Assembly: GCA_963760795.1 (NCBI GenBank)
Contig: CAVXEP010000016.1
Location: 96,001 to 160,000, forward strand
Source: an uncultured delta proteobacterium
GTDB lineage: Bacteria; Desulfobacterota; Binatia; UBA9968
Direction of reading: 5' to 3'
DNA length: 64,000 nt
Shown piece after piece: positions 33,409 to 44,123 of the stretch (positions are counted from its first letter, which is position 1; every line of letters starts with the position of its first letter). The notes under the pieces were generated by a model. It saw nothing but the letters and a program-made list of their open reading frames with translations, did not search any database and had not been told where the DNA came from. Both the position numbers and the translations under genes were made by a program.

Positions 33409-34600
33409 ATGTTGGACGCGGGTACTGCCAAAAAATTAATCGACAAGAATCTCAGCTACGACGAGGTCAAGCGGCTGACGGTGAAGCTGGTTCAACATGC
33501 CAGTCCGCAGACGCGGCTGCTCGAAGCGGAGCCGCAGGTGCTGGCGCTGATCAAAGACGTGATCATGGCTGAGCTGCAGCAGTCAGGGCTAAAACCATTC
33601 CTCGATAAGATGGGCAATCTGATTCTTGTCATCAAGGGACGCCAGCCTAAGGGCCGTTTGATGCTGGTCGGTTATGCCATGTGCGCGGCGCCGAGCACGA
33701 TGGAAAATCCCTATTCCGGCGACATCGTCGACGGCGCGCCCTACAGACTCGACGGCGAGTGCGTCTGGGGACGCGGCGCCTGCGAGCAAAAGGGCAGTTT
33801 GGCGGCGATGATGGCGGCGGTGAAATTCATCGGCAGCCACAAGGTCGAATTGCCCAGCGATCTCTATTTTGTCGTCAGCACCGCCGGCGAGACCGGCAAG
33901 CATGATTCGCTGGTTCATGTGCTCGATCATGGCAACGTGCAAGCGGAGTGGTGCATCATCGACGGCCCGCCGGAGATCCAACTAGGCAACAAGGGCCGAG
34001 TCGATGTGCTAGTCGTCGTCAAAGGCAAGCAGGCTCATAGCAGCCGGCCCTGGGAAGGCATCAATGCCATCGACGGCGCCATGCAGGTGTTGGAGCGGTT
34101 GAAGCCGCTGATGCCGACCCCTGAGGATAAACATCATCCCGAGTTGGGCAACGTCAGCCTGACGACCAACGCTATCGAAAGCTTTCCCAAGGCGACCCAC
34201 ACGATTCAGAGCGAATGCCGCATCATGTTCGACCGCCGGCTCTTGCCCGGCGACGATCCCGCCAAAGCGATCGAGCAGATGAAAGACGCCATCGGTGAGA
34301 TCGAACCCTTCGATATCGAAGTAGCAGGCGCGCGACTTTATGTATCCCAGCGAAGTGGCGAAAGACGCCGAAGTGGTGCAGGTGCTGGAACAGGGGATCC
34401 GGACGATGCTCAACTATGAGCCGAAGTTCTGCTACTCAACCGCCGCCAATGACACCGGACTGTTCAACCATCGCGGCATCCAGGCGATCAATTACGGCGC
34501 CCGCGACATCCGCTTCCAACACACCGATCATGATTTGGTGGCGTTAAATAACGTCTTCAACGCCGCGAAGGTTTTTGCGTTCTTGGGGATTCATCGGTAA
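33409..34600 (+). CDS. M20/ArgE/DapE-like protein with atypical metal ligands (frameshift ~34330)
   Basis: VWGRGACEQKG, GNKGR, GKQAHSSRPWEGINAI, FDRRLLPG; continues MYPSEV...NYG...QHTDHD in the next frame. Confidence 0.8.
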
Positions 34601-34616
34601 GCGCGCGAATCACGCG

Positions 34617-34703
34617 GTTCAAAGGTTCAAATCGTTCAAGGTTCCACAGGATCAGATCTGGAACGACTTGAACTTTGGAACCGGGCTTGACAGCCCGTTG
34701 AAC
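34617..34703. repeat. Inverted array of GTTCAA/TTGAAC short units
   Basis: GTTCAAAGGTTCAAATCGTTCAAGGTTCCA...TGGAACGACTTGAACTTTGGAAC between convergent genes. Confidence 0.65.
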
Positions 34704-34706
34704 GGC

Positions 34707-35399
34707 TTATTTCGTTTCATGCTTCCGCAACATCCGCAGATAATATTCCCATAAATTTATCATCGCGTCGGGGCGGTAAATCCGTTTTCTTTTAAGCAGC
34801 GCGTCGGCGTCGGTGGCCCAGGTGAATGGACCCATGGACGCGGCTATGACCTGGGTCTTGGCGCTATGTTCGAGCAGCACGCCGCGGATGCAGGTCTCTT
34901 CGATGTTCGGACCGGCAACGACGATGCCGTGATTGCGCAGCAGCACGATCTGATGTTCGCCCAACAGTTTGGCCACCGATATGCCTTGTGCGGGACTGAC
35001 GATCAAATCGGAGGATTCCTCGAACTTGTCGATGGCCGGCGGATAAAACGCGCAGCTCAGGTTGGTGATCGGCAGGATCGATTTGTCGGACGAGGCGATG
35101 ATCGTCGAGTAGGTCGGGTGGGTGTGGATCACGCACTGGATTCCCGGATTGGTCCGGTAGACCTCGCTGTGGATCGGGAATTCGTTGTGGCGCTTGCGCT
35201 TGCCGGCCAGGGTGTTGCCCTCGAAGTCGATCAGGACCATGTCGTCGGCGGTGGCCTCTTCCAGACCGATGCCCGAGCCCTTGATCCAATACTGATCCGG
35301 ATTTTCGGTGCGCGCCGAAACATGGCCGTAGATCATGTCGTTGTGGCCCTGCATGGCCAGGATGCGGCAGGCCAATGCCAGTTTTTCTGGTATGGTCAT
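34707..35399 (-). CDS. Class II aldolase/adducin family protein
   Basis: GHVSAR, EFPIHSEVY, VIHTHP, LLRNHG. Confidence 0.88.
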   Translation of the reverse strand: MTIPEKLALACRILAMQGHNDMIYGHVSARTENPDQYWIKGSGIGLEEATADDMVLIDFEGNTLAGKRKRHNEFPIHSEVYRTNPGIQCVIHTHPTYSTIIASSDKSILPITNLSCAFYPPAIDKFEESSDLIVSPAQGISVAKLLGEHQIVLLRNHGIVVAGPNIEETCIRGVLLEHSAKTQVIAASMGPFTWATDADALLKRKRIYRPDAMINLWEYYLRMLRKHETK

Positions 35400-35621
35400 G
35401 GATGATTCTCCTCGGAACGGTTAACTAAAGATGGCACTTGAGAAAGCTCTCCAAGTCGTCATGTGTGTCGGGATCGCTGTTGACCAGCTTGGGACGATGG
35501 CGCAACTCCGCCGACACCTTGGAGTGCTCGTGCAGAAAGCCATGAAACCGTGGCTGAAAGGCAGCCGGTCGGCGCGGCGGCAATCGAGCCATCCAGCGTC
35601 GTAAAGATTGTCCGTGCGGTT

Positions 35622-36429
35622 TCATCGATGCATCCTGCCTGTCACCGTGGCAGATTCTCGCGAACCAGTAATTGCGCGCCATGGGTGAGGCCGCTCTCGA
35701 GTGTCTCCACGCCATTCGCTGGCCGACTTCAAGACTGCCGCATAGGGTGACGGACCAAATTCACGCAGCCAAGTGATCAGCGGGCTATGGGCTTCACGCG
35801 GGCTGACAAAGTCCAAGATATGGGGGCCCACTTGGAAGCGCAGTCCGTCGGCGCCGAGGGTAGCGTCGGCAAAGGGTTCGCCTTTGACGCCGAGTAGGGC
35901 GCCGTACCATTTGGCGATTTGACCAAGCTCGCCGACGGCGACGATTACTTTTTCGATGCCGGTGATCTGATTGGCATGGACGAACTGCTGGGGAATCCGC
36001 TCGCTGCGCGGGGTCACGTCTTCGATCAGAAATGGCGCCACGCCGCGGTGGCTGCCGGTGGCCAGTGACAAGAGCCACTTGAGTTCATAGCCGTCCGGCC
36101 GTTTGCGCGACCAGGGCACGGGGTTGTTGATCGCGACAGCGGCATCCTGCAATTTCTTGGTGTCGCCGCGCAGATCGTCGGTCTGAAAGCAGAAGTCGAC
36201 CAGACGCTCGCCCTTTTGCAAGCGGGTCCCACCAGCGATGATCGATCGCTTCGCGGTAAAAAGCGATGATTTCCAGATAGGAGCCGTCTGCGAATGAGAT
36301 CAAGACATTATGGCTGCCCACCGGATGTTGGCCGCCGGGCACCACGGTGAAGCCCAGCTGTTGGTAGTCGCGCGCCGCCTGGTCGAGATCATTGACGACG
36401 ATGACGAGATGATCGATGCCGAGAATCAT
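35622..36429 (-). CDS. VOC / Glyoxalase_3 family protein (frameshift ~36220; 3' end uncertain)
   Basis: IDHLVIVVNDL...LGFTVVPGGQH..GSHNVLI.F.DGSYLE; second frame RKRPDG..LKW...PFLIEDVTPR. Confidence 0.8.
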
Positions 36430-36442
36430 AAATATCTGCAGC

Positions 36443-36509
36443 GATGGAGTACTGGAGTGTTGGGTTGAATCTTTTTATCCACTACCCAATCATTCCATTG
36501 CTCCATTAC
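36443..36509. repeat. Inverted octamer-type array (TGGAGTAx / xTxCTCCA)
   Basis: GATGGAGTACTGGAGTGTTGGGT...CCACTACCCAATCATTCCATTGCTCCAT. Confidence 0.55.
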
Positions 36510-36517
36510 AGCTTCCT

Positions 36518-37516
36518 TTATCTGAACGCCGGCACGACTTCATCGAGAAAACGCTTGAGCTGGCCGTTCTGATCCCATGACGTCATGCGCAGCGTGACAT
36601 GCTCGATGCCGGCGGCGAAATAGGCTTTGAGTTCGTCGATGCACTGTTTCGGGCTGCCGGCGGTGGTAAAGCCCTCGACGAACTTCATGCTGAAGTTCGA
36701 CGTGTAGTATTTATCGAGAAACGCTTTGCTCTCGTCCAACGCCGCCTGGCGGTTCTCGTTGATGTTGATGTTGTGGTACAGCGAGCTGCCGATTTTCGAC
36801 GGGTCGCGGCCTTCTTCCTTGGCCATTGCCAAGATGCGCGTCCACTGGGACTTGAATTCTTCAGGTGTGACCTTGTTGGTCATCCAGCCGTCGGCGTATT
36901 TCGCCACTCGCCGTAGTCCTTTTTCGACGGCGGGCGAGGGCGCGCTGGCGCCATCTTTCCATGTGAGGCCGGTGGGATTGCTGGCGATCCAGATCGGCAG
37001 CGGGTTTTGCACCGGGCGCGGTTGGATGGTCACGCCTTCGAATTCATAGAAGCGCCCTTTGTGCGATGCTTTCTCTTCATGGAAAAGTTTTTTCAAAATG
37101 ACGATGCCCTCTTCGAGGCGGGCGACGCGCTCGGTGTCCTTGATGCCCATGACTTTATGCTCGAGGGCTTGAGCTGGGCTCTGCTCGTTGGGACCGCCGA
37201 GACAGACCGCCAGCCAGGAACGGCCGCCGGAGATCACGTCCAAGCTCGCCCATTGTTGCGCCAGCAGCGCCGGATGGCGGTGCGGAAAGGTCGCCATGCA
37301 GCCGACCGCGAGTTGAACTTTTTTCGTCACCACGGCCAGAGCCGAAAGCAAGGTGATGGATTCCAGCCGCGGCTTGGCGAGCAGGCTATCGCCGACCCAG
37401 ACAGCGGAGAAGGCGCCGGAGTCTTCGCCGCGTTTGGCCATGTCGAAGAGTTCCGGTACCGTGACCGCGCCGATGATCACGCCGCGATTTGCCAAAGTCA
37501 GTCCAAATGAAGCCAT
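36518..37516 (-). CDS. LLM-class flavin-dependent oxidoreductase
   Basis: VWVGDSLLAKPRLE, WASLDVISGGR, PRPVQNPLPIWIA, ADGW. Confidence 0.88.
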   Translation of the reverse strand: MASFGLTLANRGVIIGAVTVPELFDMAKRGEDSGAFSAVWVGDSLLAKPRLESITLLSALAVVTKKVQLAVGCMATFPHRHPALLAQQWASLDVISGGRSWLAVCLGGPNEQSPAQALEHKVMGIKDTERVARLEEGIVILKKLFHEEKASHKGRFYEFEGVTIQPRPVQNPLPIWIASNPTGLTWKDGASAPSPAVEKGLRRVAKYADGWMTNKVTPEEFKSQWTRILAMAKEEGRDPSKIGSSLYHNININENRQAALDESKAFLDKYYTSNFSMKFVEGFTTAGSPKQCIDELKAYFAAGIEHVTLRMTSWDQNGQLKRFLDEVVPAFR

Positions 37517-37722
37517 AGATCGCCTTTCGCAATGCCTAAGTTCGCCCGCGTTTATAACACATGGTGTCGGGTTTGCGAAATACGAGGAGCAGAAATGGCC
37601 GCAGAGTACGCAAAATATAAAAATTTAGGTCGGATCGTGATCCTGCGATTCATTACTCCAAGTTGGAATTAGCCGTATCGCCGTGTTAAGTCTCCTCGAA
37701 ATAAATCCCTGGGAGTAAATCC

Positions 37723-39295
37723 ATGAAGGCGAGCTTTCGCGACTACATCGATACCTTGCGCAAGAATGACGAGCTACTAGAAATCACCAAGCCGGTGGAC
37801 CTGCGCGATGTTGCGGCGCTGGTGGCGCAGTCGGAAAAAGCTTTGCTGTTCAAAAACCTGCCGGGTTATTCCATGTCTTTGGTTTCCGGACTGCTGCAAT
37901 CTCGTAACCGCATCGCACTAGGCATGGGCGTCGCCTATGAAAACATCGCCGACAAGCTGGGCAAGGCGATGGATAAGCCGATCGCGCCGCGGCGGGTCGC
38001 CAACGCGCCGGTGAAAGAGGTCAAGATCACCGGCAAAAAAATTAATCTCTTCGACCTGCCGGTGCCGGTCTTCTCGATTATGGACGGCGGGCCGATGATC
38101 ACCGGCGGCGTAGTCATCGCCGAGGACCCGGAGTTTGGCATCAACGCCGGCATTTATCGCCTGATGCTCAAAGAGCGCAACATCACCGGCATCGACATCG
38201 TCACGCCCAACAACATGCGTAAATTCGCCGAGCGCGCCCTGGCGAAAAAACAACCGCTGCCGATATCGATCTCCATCGGCACCCATCCCGTACGAACTGG
38301 TCGCGGCGACTTTCAAAGCAAACCTAGGCGTCAACGAACTGACCTTCGCCGGCGGCTTGCGTAATGAAGCGTTGCGGCTGGCCGACGGTGAGACCGTGCC
38401 GGTGCCGTGCATCGCCGATGCGGAGATTGTCCTGGAAGGCGAAATCCTTCCCGAAGGCTGGGTCCATACCGAAGGACCGTTTTCGGAATTCAACCGGCTG
38501 ATGGGCGGCATGCACATGAACCCGCGGGTGCGCATCAAGTCGATCATGCATCGCAAAGACGCCATGTACTACGCCCTGCAAATGCCTTGGGAAAATATCT
38601 GGATGTCAGCGCCGATCTACGAAGCCGCCGCGCGCCGGGTGCTGTTCGACGCCGGCGTGCAAACCGTCGCGATCAACGTCACGCCCGGCGGCTGCTGCCA
38701 CTGGCATATCGTCGCCTCGATCAAGAAGGTGCCGGGCGACGGCAAGAACGCGATCATGGCGCTGCTCTCCATCGCCGACATCAAACATGTCACCATCGTC
38801 GACGACGACATCGATGTATTCGACCCGGTCGACGTCGAGTGGGCCGTCGCCACCCGGGTGCAGGCCGACCGCGACGTGGTGATTATTTCCAACGCCAGAT
38901 CGAAGCCCCTCGATCCTTCCCTGCCATTGCCGCTGCACGGCAAAGTGCCGACGACGGCGAAGATGGGCATCGATGCGACGATTCCGGAAAATATTCCAGC
39001 CGAGCGCTACAAACGGATCGTCTATTTCAACCAGGACAAGATCAAATTGAGCGACTACCTGGGCGCCGGTGAAATAACGGCCAAAGCCGAAGCCCAAATC
39101 AAGCCGGAGGAGACCGTGGCAACGTTGAGCGAAAAAATCGTCGCGACGCTGGGCAAGTCACACTGCTTCTTCGCCGATCTGCTGGAGAAGTTCCCAAAGG
39201 CGGATTACAAAACCGTCGCCAATACGGTGGCGCACTTGTATGAAGACGGAAGGATCAAACAGGATAAAGACGGCCAATTTGAACTATCGAAGTGA
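37723..39295 (+). CDS. UbiD-family (de)carboxylase 2 with C-terminal extension (frameshift ~38290)
   Basis: DGGPMIT, NAGIYR, EIVLEG, EGPFSEF, DDDIDVFDP..VEWAVATRVQAD, KMGIDAT. Confidence 0.88.
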
Positions 39296-39322
39296 GTAGT
39301 TTGACGGTGTTTGCGAAGCTCC

Positions 39323-39575
39323 GTCATGCCGGTGAACACCGCCATCCAGGTTTGTTTCTGTCTCCTGTGCTGACACACACTACGACAGTCAAAATGACGA
39401 AACCCGTAGGATGTGGTGAATATGCGAACCGCATCCAGTACGGGCGACGCACCGACGATGCGGTTCCCTTTGGTCACCAAATCCTACAAACACCTGACCG
39501 GTATTTCGCAGGAGGTCACGAAGTTTGGAGAAATACCTTTCCAAACCCTTCGTGTCCTTCGTGCCTTCGTGGTGA
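39323..39575. repeat. Composite of three different palindromic repeat families
   Basis: GTCATGCCGG...ATCCA unit; GTAGGATGTGGTGA...CCGCATC / GATGCGG...CACCAAATCCTAC REP pair (39406-39486); CTTCGTG tandem unit (39517-39575). Confidence 0.65.
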
Positions 39576-39665
39576 AAGTTCCGATCTTAATCGTCGCTGG
39601 CCAGCTCTTTACCTTGACAGCATCGATTCGACGCGGGTATGAGGAAGAGGATTGAAGGAGGCGGA

Positions 39666-40637
39666 ATGCTTCGTATCACGCGGGGGGCGCTTGTCGTTGG
39701 ATTCGTGGCCGTCGGTTTGACCTGGCCATTTTGTTCCAGTTCGGCCTTCGCCCAGCAAAAACCCAAGCTGAGGCCCCTGCATATCGCCCTGGCCAACAAT
39801 TCGGTGACCATGACGGCGATCTATGTGGCCAAGCATCTGGGTATCTTTGAAAGCTACGGCTTCGACGCCCGTGTGTTGGTCCTGGAACCGCGCGCCGGCT
39901 TGGCGGCCTTGCTGGCGGGAGAGTTGGATTTCTACACCGCCATCGGTTCCACCGCCCGCGCTGCGCTGCGCGGTTTGCCGGTGCGCGTGGGCCTGGTGGC
40001 GCTCAATCGCCCCGATTTCTCGGTGGTCGCGACCAAGGACATTGCCAGCTTCGAACAGCTGCGCGGCCGGGTGATCGGCGCCTACACGCCGCAGGGGACG
40101 GTCAATGTCGTGCTCCATGAAATGATGCGCCGGCGCGGCTTCAAGCCCGATGACTACAAAGTCGTCAACGCCGGCACGGCGCGCGCCGCGGCGTTGAGCG
40201 GCGGCGCGGTGCAGGTGGCGGTGCTCAATAGCGTCGAGACCGTGCGCATGGTCAAAGCCGGATTTCATGTCCTCGGCCGGGCGAGCGATGATCTGGAGCT
40301 GCCGCAAAGCGGCTTGGGCATGTCGCTCGGCAGCATGCAGAGCCGCCGCGACTTCCTACGTCCCGGCGTCCAAGCCGTGCTCGATGCCATCCGCGTGATC
40401 GTCAATCAAAAGGATAAGACCGTGCCGGTGTTGATGAAGCAGTTGGCCATGAGCCAAGATGAAGCCAGCTATGTCTACGATGCCATTCGCCCGGGCTGGG
40501 CGCTGGACGGCCGGCCAACCGCCAACGCGATTAAACTCGATGCCGAGCTTTCGCAGCGCGACATGGGCTTGAAGGAGTTGCCGCGGGTGGAGCAGACTTA
40601 CGATTTTTCCATGTTGGATGAATTGACGAAAAAGTAG
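39666..40637 (+). CDS. ABC substrate-binding protein (NMT1/SsuA-like), copy 1
   Basis: Signal peptide, KLRPLHIAL, VLEPRAGLAALLAGELDFYTA, YDFSMLDEL. Confidence 0.85.
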   Translation: MLRITRGALVVGFVAVGLTWPFCSSSAFAQQKPKLRPLHIALANNSVTMTAIYVAKHLGIFESYGFDARVLVLEPRAGLAALLAGELDFYTAIGSTARAALRGLPVRVGLVALNRPDFSVVATKDIASFEQLRGRVIGAYTPQGTVNVVLHEMMRRRGFKPDDYKVVNAGTARAAALSGGAVQVAVLNSVETVRMVKAGFHVLGRASDDLELPQSGLGMSLGSMQSRRDFLRPGVQAVLDAIRVIVNQKDKTVPVLMKQLAMSQDEASYVYDAIRPGWALDGRPTANAIKLDAELSQRDMGLKELPRVEQTYDFSMLDELTKK

Positions 40638-40648
40638 AGGATGAACGG

Positions 40649-41603
40649 ATGAAATTGGCACTAAGTTCATTCTTAGCGACTAGCGCTGGCGCTGGTCGTC
40701 AACAGTTCTCCCGCCGGCGCGCAGCCGAAGAAGCTGCGCCCGCTTAGAATCGCGTTGCCGAGCCATTCAGTCAGCTCGACACCGATTTACATCGCGCGCA
40801 GTCTGGGGATCTTTGAGAGCCTGGGATTCGAACCGCAGATCCTCGTGCTTGAACCGCGGGCGGCGCTTGCCGCATTGCTGACCGGGGATTTGGATTTTTA
40901 CACCGCGGCGGGAACCACCGGCCGCGCCGCGCTGCGCGGCGTGCCGGTTCGAGTCGTGATGGTTTCGGCCAATCGTTCGGATTTGTGCGTGGTCGCGGCT
41001 AAGGAATTCACCAGCGTCGAGCAGCTGAGAGGCAAGACCTTCGGCGGCTACACGGCGCAGGCGTCGGCCAACATCGTGCTGATTGAATTGCTGCGGCGTA
41101 AAGGGTTGCGGCCCGATGATTACAAGATTCTCAATATCGGCACCGCTAGGTCACCGGCGCTGCTGAGCGGCACTGTTCCCGCGGCAGTTCTCACCGCCGT
41201 CGAGGCCGCAAGGCTTAGCCGCCAAGGTTTTCGCGTCCTGGCGCGGGCCTCCGACGACATCGATTTGACATCTGGGGGACTGGGTACGGCCATCGCCAGC
41301 CTGCAAAACAAGCGCGACGTCATGCGCTCGACGGTGCAAGCGGCCTTGGAAGGGCTGCGCATTGCTGCGACACAGAGAGACAAAGTGATTCCGATCTACA
41401 TGAAGCAGTTCGCTTTAACCGCGGAAGAATCGGCCTGGGTCTACGACAATGTTGCGCGTTCCTGGGCGCTCGATGGCAAACCGACGGCCGCGGCAAACAA
41501 ACTCGACTTCGAGCTGACCCAGCGGGACATGGGGCTGAAGGAGCCGCCGAAGATGGAGCAGATTTATGATTTTTCGCTGCTCGATGAATTGGCGAAGCGG
41601 TAG
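40649..41603 (+). CDS. ABC substrate-binding protein (NMT1/SsuA-like), copy 2 (frameshift ~40679)
   Basis: MKLALSSFL signal joins QPKKLRPLRIALPSH; VLEPRAALAALLTGDLDFYTA. Confidence 0.85.
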
Positions 41604-41682
41604 GGTATCTTGTGATTGGATATCAGAGGTCAGAAGTCAGAGGTCGGTTTTCGGATCGGGCCGACTTTAGGAGTTCGTGCTG

Positions 41683-42639
41683 ATGAAGTTTCGTGTAACT
41701 TGGTTGGTGCTTGCCGCCGCGTTGACGCTTTATACTTTTCCGGTCCACGCGCAGCCGAAGAAGCTACGGCCATTGCGCATTGCCCTGCCGAGCCACACCA
41801 TCGCCGGCACGCATTTTTACGTCGGTAAGAGTCTGGGAATTTATGAGCATTATGGTTTTGACGCGCAGCTCCTGGTTCTCGAACCGCGCGCCGCTCTCGC
41901 CGCTTTGACCACCGGCGATTTAGATTTTTACACCGCCACGGGAACGTCCACTCGCTCGGCGTTGCGCGGCGCGCCGGTACGGGTCCTGATGGTCGGTTTG
42001 AATCGGCCGGATCATGTGCTGGTTGCTTCCAAGGAAATCACCAGCGTCGACCAGCTGCGCGGCAAAGTCATCGGCGGCTATACAGCCAATGCCACGGTGA
42101 ATGTTTTGCTCATGGAAATGCTCAGAAAGAAGGGGCTCAAGACCGATGAGTATAAGATTCTTAACATCGGCACGGCGCGCTTCGGCGCGCTGATCAGCGG
42201 CACGGTGCCGGCGGCGGCTCTGAACGGTCTCGAAACCGTCAAAGCGTTGCGGCTCGGTTACCGGGCGCTGGCGCGAGCCGCCGATGACGTGGAACTCGCC
42301 ACCGGCGGGCTCGGCGCCTTTGTCGGCAGCATTCAAACCAAGCGCGATGTGTTCCGCGCGGCGGTGCAAGCGACCTTGGAAAGCATCCGCGTCTCTGCGA
42401 CCCAGCGCGAAAAAGTTCTGCCGGTGTTGATGAAACAGTTCTCGTTAAGCCAGGAAGATGTTAGCTTCGTCTACGATATCGTCCATAAAGGCTTTGCCCT
42501 GGATGGCCGGCCGACGCCGGGGAGTCAGAAGTTTGAATTCGATCTGGCGCAAAAGGAGATGGGTCTCAAAGAGCCGCCGCGGCCGGAACAGGTTTATGAT
42601 TTTTCCTTGCTCGATGAGCTCGCCGGCGGTAAAAAATGA
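41683..42639 (+). CDS. ABC substrate-binding protein (NMT1/SsuA-like), copy 3
   Basis: Signal peptide AVHA-like cleavage site, QPKKLRPLRIALPSH, YDFSLLDEL. Confidence 0.88.
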   Translation: MKFRVTWLVLAAALTLYTFPVHAQPKKLRPLRIALPSHTIAGTHFYVGKSLGIYEHYGFDAQLLVLEPRAALAALTTGDLDFYTATGTSTRSALRGAPVRVLMVGLNRPDHVLVASKEITSVDQLRGKVIGGYTANATVNVLLMEMLRKKGLKTDEYKILNIGTARFGALISGTVPAAALNGLETVKALRLGYRALARAADDVELATGGLGAFVGSIQTKRDVFRAAVQATLESIRVSATQREKVLPVLMKQFSLSQEDVSFVYDIVHKGFALDGRPTPGSQKFEFDLAQKEMGLKEPPRPEQVYDFSLLDELAGGKK

Positions 42640-42691
42640 GCGCCATGGCTGTGCTCAATATGCCTCGAACTATTTGCGAACGGAGGATGAC

Positions 42692-43516
42692 ATGAAGTTA
42701 CAGTTGAAACGAAGTGTTTTCGCGCGGCTGGTTATTTTAACGGCGATGACGGCCTATCCATTTGCCGCTGCGTTGGCCAATGATCAAAGCGGCCTCGCTC
42801 AATTGTTGACGGCACCCTATCGCACTCAAGCCAACGTGGGACGCGATATTTATCGCCATCCGGTGGAAGTCCTGACCTTCTTCGGCGTGAAGGAAAGCAG
42901 CAGAGTGGTGGAGATCCTGCCGGGAAGCCGAGGTTATTTTCTCGAAATTCTCGCGCCCTTTCTGAAAGCCAAAGGGTTGTATATTGCCGCCAATCGCGAC
43001 GAAAACGCCGCGCCGCGCTATTTAGAGGATCACCAAAAGTTCTTGGCCCGGCTCAAAGAAGACGCGGTCTTCGATAAGGTCCAGGTCACCAAATTCAACG
43101 CCGATATGCATGAGGTCGCCCCGGCCGGGAGCATGGATTTTGTCCTGACCTTTCGCAATCTCCACAATTGGATCGAGCGCAATGAAATCGACGGCGCGTT
43201 GCGCGCCTTTCACAAAGCGCTCAAACCGGGGGGGATACTCGGCGTTACCGACCATCGTGGTCGCACCGATATGTCGCAAGATGCGCAAATGAAGTTCGGT
43301 TATGTCCGCGAGGACGTGGCGATCAAGCTGATGGAAAAGGCAGGTTTCAAACTCACTGGCACATCCCCGGTGAAGAACAATCCCAAGGATACTAAGGATT
43401 ATCCCGACGGAGTGTGGACGTTGCCGCCGAGCTTTCGCTTGGGAGACAAGGACCGGGCAAAATACCAAGCGATCGGCGAGAGCGACCGGTTTACCCATCG
43501 GTATGTGAAGCAGTGA
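42692..43516 (+). CDS. Exported class I SAM methyltransferase-like protein (COG4798-type)
   Basis: RDIYRHPVEVLTFFG, VEILPG, TFRNLHNW, LKPGG, NNPKDTKD...GVWTLPP...IGESDR. Confidence 0.85.
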   Translation: MKLQLKRSVFARLVILTAMTAYPFAAALANDQSGLAQLLTAPYRTQANVGRDIYRHPVEVLTFFGVKESSRVVEILPGSRGYFLEILAPFLKAKGLYIAANRDENAAPRYLEDHQKFLARLKEDAVFDKVQVTKFNADMHEVAPAGSMDFVLTFRNLHNWIERNEIDGALRAFHKALKPGGILGVTDHRGRTDMSQDAQMKFGYVREDVAIKLMEKAGFKLTGTSPVKNNPKDTKDYPDGVWTLPPSFRLGDKDRAKYQAIGESDRFTHRYVKQ

Positions 43517-43559
43517 GAACCGAAGAGCAGTTTCTCGCGGTCCGTTTATCTGTGATTCT

Positions 43560-44019
43560 GTCCATGCGATACTGCTCGGCATTCACAGCCATTACTCCGG
43601 CGAGCTGCCGGCGCCAATCAAAGCGGTGATTGCTAATCATGAGAGCTTGGGCTCGTTGGTGAAACCGTTCGGCATTCCGTTTCACTACATAGGCCATAAG
43701 GATCCAGAGCGCCGAACACGAGAAGCGGGTCATGGAAGTGGTCGACACTTATGAACCTGAGTACATCGTGCTCGCCAAGTACATGTGAATCCTGACGCCC
43801 AGCTTCGTCGCGCGTTCCGACGGCGCATATGGTCACCGACGACCTCGACACCGGGCCGATCATCGCCCAAAACGTGATGCCGGTGAATCACACCTATACT
43901 GCCGCAGCGATGGTCTAGGCGGGCCGGGACGCCGAAAAAATCGCTCTGGCTAGAGCGTGCGATTAATGCTTGATGAGCGAGCCTTCTTGCATGGCAACCG
44001 CAGTGTGGTGTTTGAATAG
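43560..44019 (+). pseudogene. purU: Formyltetrahydrofolate deformylase pseudogene
   Basis: Fragments AVIANHESL..LVKPFGIPFHYI, IVLAKYM*ILTPSFV, AHMVTDDLDTGPIIAQ, MV*AGRDAEK and FLHGNRSVVFE; in-frame stops and loss of the INIHHSFLP segment and the N-terminus. Confidence 0.8.
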
Positions 44020-44123
44020 CTGCGCCTTGCCAGCCATTCTTATCACGCCCCACATTGACAAGTTTTCGGCCATCCTATAAATATTTTGCATAAATAATTT
44101 CATAACTTAGCTAGGAGGCCTAG

